From Christensenellaceae bacterium (lineage in GTDB: Bacteria > Bacillota > Clostridia > Christensenellales > Aristaeellaceae): 64,000 nucleotides of DNA. Each line of letters begins with the position of its first letter. Position 1 is the first letter of the stretch. The DNA lies in contig JAFLST010000011.1 in assembly GCA_022510815.1 (NCBI GenBank), forward strand, positions 4,713 to 68,712, written 5' to 3'. The notes below the pieces were generated by a model. It was not told the DNA's origin, searched no databases, and was given only the letters and a program-made list of their open reading frames with translations. The position numbers were made by a program, and so were the translations under genes. This document shows positions 58,533 to 64,000 of the stretch, one piece after another.

Positions 58533-59477
58533 TCAGTCCCCGGCGTATTCCGTTCTCATGGCTTCATTGCTCTCGGCAAACAGCGCCTTCGATACCCTCT
58601 GAATATCAGCAATCGAAAGGTTGCTGAGCTGCCCGCCATCCATGCGCAGCTTGTTCTCGAACCCTTTCTTAATCCTGTCTGCGGCCAGCGAATGCCCGTT
58701 GTCTTCCTCGGAATCATCCGCCTCTTGAATGAACTGCCGGAGCAGGTTTCGCTTGCTGGAATAGATCAGCTCCACCAGCTTCGCCCGGTACTCCAGCTCC
58801 TCCGATGACATGTGCGGGTAGCGGGACAAATCCATCACATGCTGCGCTTCGTGCTTCAGCAGGGACACGGTAAAGCTTTCAGCCTCGAGATCATACGAGG
58901 ATTTCACGCACTGAATAACCCCGTCGCCGTCCGTCCAGCCGCCTGTGCTGATTGCGCCGAAGGAAACAGCGTCATACCAGCCTTTGGAAAGAAAGCCGTC
59001 CAGAAATCTGACCAGATACGGCTGTCTGCCGTCCGGCAGCTCAACCTCAAACGTCTTTGATTCTATGGTTTTCCAGATGTACGGCCCCCAATGGCCGCCC
59101 GTCTTTCCGCCCAGGAAGTGATATCCCTTCTCCTCAAACGCCCCGGCAACAGGCCCTTTCTCCAAGGCACCGAGCTGCATGTCGGCGTCATCGAGACCAA
59201 AGAGGCGCCTGAACCTGTCTTTCATCGCCTCCGCGGCCTGCTCCGCATCCCGATGCAGATAGAAGACGTCCCGATAGTACTTCTGATAAATGGTGAGAAT
59301 CGCGTTCAGACGAGCGTCTGCCGATAAAGCGGGATACGCTTCCTTTTCAAACACGGATACATATCGTTGATACAGCTCTGCCTGCTCGGGAAAATGCGCC
59401 AGATACTGCATGGCACCCGCCACATCTCCCTTGATCAGGCAGCCGTGAAATATAGCTTTGTCAAACACATTCTCCAT
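58533..59477 (-). CDS. hypothetical protein with an HExxH motif (possible DUF2268-like metalloprotease)
   Basis: 314 aa with HEAQHVMD. The family assignment is tentative. Confidence 0.4.
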   Translation of the reverse strand: MENVFDKAIFHGCLIKGDVAGAMQYLAHFPEQAELYQRYVSVFEKEAYPALSADARLNAILTIYQKYYRDVFYLHRDAEQAAEAMKDRFRRLFGLDDADMQLGALEKGPVAGAFEEKGYHFLGGKTGGHWGPYIWKTIESKTFEVELPDGRQPYLVRFLDGFLSKGWYDAVSFGAISTGGWTDGDGVIQCVKSSYDLEAESFTVSLLKHEAQHVMDLSRYPHMSSEELEYRAKLVELIYSSKRNLLRQFIQEADDSEEDNGHSLAADRIKKGFENKLRMDGGQLSNLSIADIQRVSKALFAESNEAMRTEYAGD

Positions 59478-59612
59478 CGTTCCACCTCAAAATCCAGATC
59501 GTTCTCATCCTTGGCATTATACCATCCCGCCTTAAAGCCTGTCAACGAACGGAAAAAGAGGAAGCCGCTTGGACCTCCTCGCATGATACGTCTCCATGAA
59601 TAACTTATTTCA

Positions 59613-60392
59613 TTACGCCTTTTCCAAATAGAGCTTATAATTTGAAAAGTCAAGCCATGACCGTTGGGCGGAGAGAATCTGATATCCAATCACACCGTCC
59701 ACGGAAACCTTGTTCTGTATAGCCGAAATATCCGCAAACACAGATGTGATGTTGCTGTACGAACGGTTTTGCAAAGACACAGACGGAATCTGGAAGATAT
59801 TCGGCGCGCCTTCTACCGGCTGCACAGACAACCGATCTTGCAGTCCCGTTCCCAGCAGGCAGGTGTTTGCGCCCGTATCCAACACAAAGCGATATTCTTC
59901 ACCGTCAATCTCTATTCCAACAACAGGCAGAGCTTCCACCTGAAGTGGAACGCAGATAAACTGATCGAATCCGCCTGACGGATTGAGCGTGATCTTCATG
60001 TTCCCATAGTCCATCATCACGGAGAAATGGCGGATGATATCAATGCCCATGGTTCCAAGCAGACGTACAGTGGCATCAAAAGCTGCTAAGCTGTCCTCCA
60101 CATAGGAAAGATCCATCAGCATGGCCTGACAATCGGTCAGCGTGATACCTGCAAAGGAAAGGCTGCCGATGGTGATCTCCGCAGCCGTATCGCTTTTCAT
60201 ATCACCGCTGAACTTCGCAATTTCCAGTTCCTTTCCTTGAAGATCCGGGAAATGCTCCTTATGCAGCGCCGTTTTCATGGCGCCTGTATCAAAAATCAGA
60301 TATCCCTGCTCTTCATTCACAGCCGCCGGCACAAGAACAATTCCGTTCACCAGTTTGAAGTCAGCTTTGACATCTGAATAGATTGCCGCCAC
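59613..60392 (-). CDS. retropepsin-like aspartyl protease with two half-domains
   Basis: Two D-T-G-A motifs: LIFDTGAMKT and FVLDTGANTC. Confidence 0.65.
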   Translation of the reverse strand: MAAIYSDVKADFKLVNGIVLVPAAVNEEQGYLIFDTGAMKTALHKEHFPDLQGKELEIAKFSGDMKSDTAAEITIGSLSFAGITLTDCQAMLMDLSYVEDSLAAFDATVRLLGTMGIDIIRHFSVMMDYGNMKITLNPSGGFDQFICVPLQVEALPVVGIEIDGEEYRFVLDTGANTCLLGTGLQDRLSVQPVEGAPNIFQIPSVSLQNRSYSNITSVFADISAIQNKVSVDGVIGYQILSAQRSWLDFSNYKLYLEKA

Positions 60393-60479
60393 TTGGTCTT
60401 TCTTCCTTCGGGTGATCGCTCAATGCGATGTGGAAATCGCCGAAAAAGGGCGCTCATTTGAAATCTGTGCAGCCATTCA

Positions 60480-60932
60480 TCAGATCCACGCTTCCATTTC
60501 GCCGGAATCTTGGAACCCCAGCTTTTCATACAGGATTCGCCCTGTGCCGGAGGGCTTCAGCTTGACGTTATGCACGCCCTTCTCCTTCAGCCAATGCAGG
60601 ATTGCCTCCATGATTTTTGAGCCATAGCCATTCCGCCTTTGATCCGGCACACAATATACATCCATGACGTAACCATAGCTCGGAGCCTTGAAAAAGCAGA
60701 ACGGAACGTCGCTCTTAATCACCGCGCCGCCGCACGCAACGGCCCGCATGTTCTCGTCATAGGCGATAAAATGACAGCACTTGTCTTCCCTGTACAGCGA
60801 TGCGTATGTTTGCTCAATCAGCGCTTCCGCATGGTCCTGCAGCATCGTGATCGACCCGACTTCTCTGAACATGCTCATCTTCATATCCACGATCAGCGGA
60901 AGATCCTTCACTTCCGCTCTGATAATCTTCAT
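60480..60932 (-). CDS. GNAT-family N-acetyltransferase
   Basis: Start MKIIRAEVKD after AAGGAG. Acetyl-CoA motif QRRNGYGSKIMEAIL. Confidence 0.8.
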   Translation of the reverse strand: MKIIRAEVKDLPLIVDMKMSMFREVGSITMLQDHAEALIEQTYASLYREDKCCHFIAYDENMRAVACGGAVIKSDVPFCFFKAPSYGYVMDVYCVPDQRRNGYGSKIMEAILHWLKEKGVHNVKLKPSGTGRILYEKLGFQDSGEMEAWI

Positions 60933-61112
60933 ATTGCTTCTCCTTGTACTGTTTTGCACCGTTCTTTCACCGCGCTGCCTGCGTACTCGCTCATCATCTG
61001 AAATATCAGCATGCGCGTTAGCAAGATTGTCGCCCCGAATTTCTCTGCTCCCTTTGGCATCAGAATCCCGCGGCAGCCGTTCTCCCGGGCCGTGTCCAAC
61101 GAGGGGCAAAGG

Positions 61113-61643
61113 CTAATCTTCTGTAATGATACTGATGATTTCATCGACAATCGCGTCCAAACTCTTCGTTCCATCAATCACATAGTCTGACGAAGGAAGG
61201 ATGTCTTTCAGCATCTGCACATACGCTGCTCGCGAATATTGAAGATACATTTCCATATCATTGCATATCTTTTCAGCGGTCGCATCCCTGTCATCCCGCA
61301 GCACCCTTCTTGCCATTGCAATATCCAGAGGCGTGTCAATGAATATCGCGCAGTCAATATCGTCTTTGATGAGGCTATGCTGATACGCAAACGGATAATC
61401 CAATAATAAATACTCGTACAACCCATTATTCCTGATTGATTGAATATCCTTTTCCAATGGGGTCAAATCCCACACATTGTAATTCGCTCCATCCAAAACC
61501 CATTGATAATAGTCTTCTACCTCTCCATCAAAAGAATAGTCATCAAAATGAAGCGCAGCCGCTCTGGGCAGTCTCCTCTTGAGTTCATGAACAACTGTGG
61601 TTTTCCCGCCCGCTGTCACAGCCGCAATAGCAATCACCTTCAT
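61113..61643 (-). CDS. P-loop nucleoside/nucleotide kinase-like protein (uridine-kinase fold)
   Basis: Start MKVIAIAAVTAGGKTTV (Walker A) after GGAGGG. 176 aa. Confidence 0.6.
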   Translation of the reverse strand: MKVIAIAAVTAGGKTTVVHELKRRLPRAAALHFDDYSFDGEVEDYYQWVLDGANYNVWDLTPLEKDIQSIRNNGLYEYLLLDYPFAYQHSLIKDDIDCAIFIDTPLDIAMARRVLRDDRDATAEKICNDMEMYLQYSRAAYVQMLKDILPSSDYVIDGTKSLDAIVDEIISIITED

Positions 61644-61719
61644 CCGGCAGGCCCTCCAATCCCCGGTCTCTTTCCTGCAAGCATTATACCATCGCACCAA
61701 TGCGCCTGTCAAAGGCGCG

Positions 61720-61748
61720 AAAAAAGAGGAAGTCACATAGACTTCCTC
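61720..61748 (-). terminator. intrinsic terminator of the rRNA operon
   Basis: The minus strand reads GAGGAAGT-ctatgtg-ACTTCCTC followed by TTTTTT, immediately after the 5S gene. Confidence 0.8.
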
Positions 61749-61756
61749 AATTGGAA

Positions 61757-61872
61757 TCCGGCGGCGACCTACTCTCCCGGGCCGTGTCCAGCCAAGTACC
61801 ATCGGCACTGAGAGGCTTAACTGCTGTGTTCGGGATGGGAACAGGTGGAACCCTCTCGTCATTGCCACCGGA
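61757..61872 (-). rRNA. rrf: 5S ribosomal RNA
   Basis: The reverse complement reads TCCGGTGGCAATGACGAGAGGGTTCCACCTGTTCCCATCCCGAACACAGCAGTTAAGCC...GGGAGAGTAGGTCGCCGCCGGA. Confidence 0.92.
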
Positions 61873-62079
61873 AATGGTAGCTATTCTGTTGCAGGGCTTC
61901 TCTCGCGCGTTACCTCTTCAGTCCCGCTCGCTCTTCCCCGCTCTTTGCACACACCCTGACAACTGCACATCGAATGATTCGTCTCAACGCTTGACCTTTT
62001 CTCTTGCTCTTTCCGCTCAATTGATCTCAGTCTCTCGCTGGCCTTTTCCTCCAGCTTTGAACCGACCTGAAATCAAGCC

Positions 62080-64000
<1,921 letters not shown>

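Overview
High-GC Clostridia-type chromosomal segment from a spore former, judged by gene content. I ran no database search and computed no composition statistics. The left 34 kb is mostly housekeeping. It holds GH3 glycosidase, hprK-glcK, dgt-dnaG followed by two tandem sigma-70 genes, trmK/yqfO, degV, a T-box-controlled aspS-gatA-gatB operon, ushA-like nucleotidase, an L,D-transpeptidase, the spoIIIAA-AH operon and rseC-trxA. The right end carries radA, yacL, rubrerythrin, a run of small minus-strand enzyme genes and the 5S and partial 23S genes of an rRNA operon. The main finding is that the spore-coat gene cotJC is split into two same-strand pieces about 11.2 kb apart. The intervening DNA starts with a large serine recombinase gene, is bounded by an 8-bp direct repeat in identical codon phase, and carries only cargo genes: two HD-GYP proteins, a ZIP transporter, a PHP esterase, an alpha/beta hydrolase and a membrane/M20 trio. 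In-silico excision restores an uninterrupted 199-aa CotJC, as in skin-type developmentally excised elements. Other notable points are listed below.
- An in-frame AspRS-GatC fusion.
- A probable Asn (AAC) specifier in the T-box.
- An 85-nt perfect identity between the two sigma genes.
- A CotJA-CotJB fusion ORF.
- A conserved structured intergenic repeat with compensatory changes.
- Three orphan solute-binding-like paralogs.
- Two decayed XRE regulators.

Many long ORFs in the six-frame track are antisense shadow ORFs typical of GC-rich DNA and were rejected.
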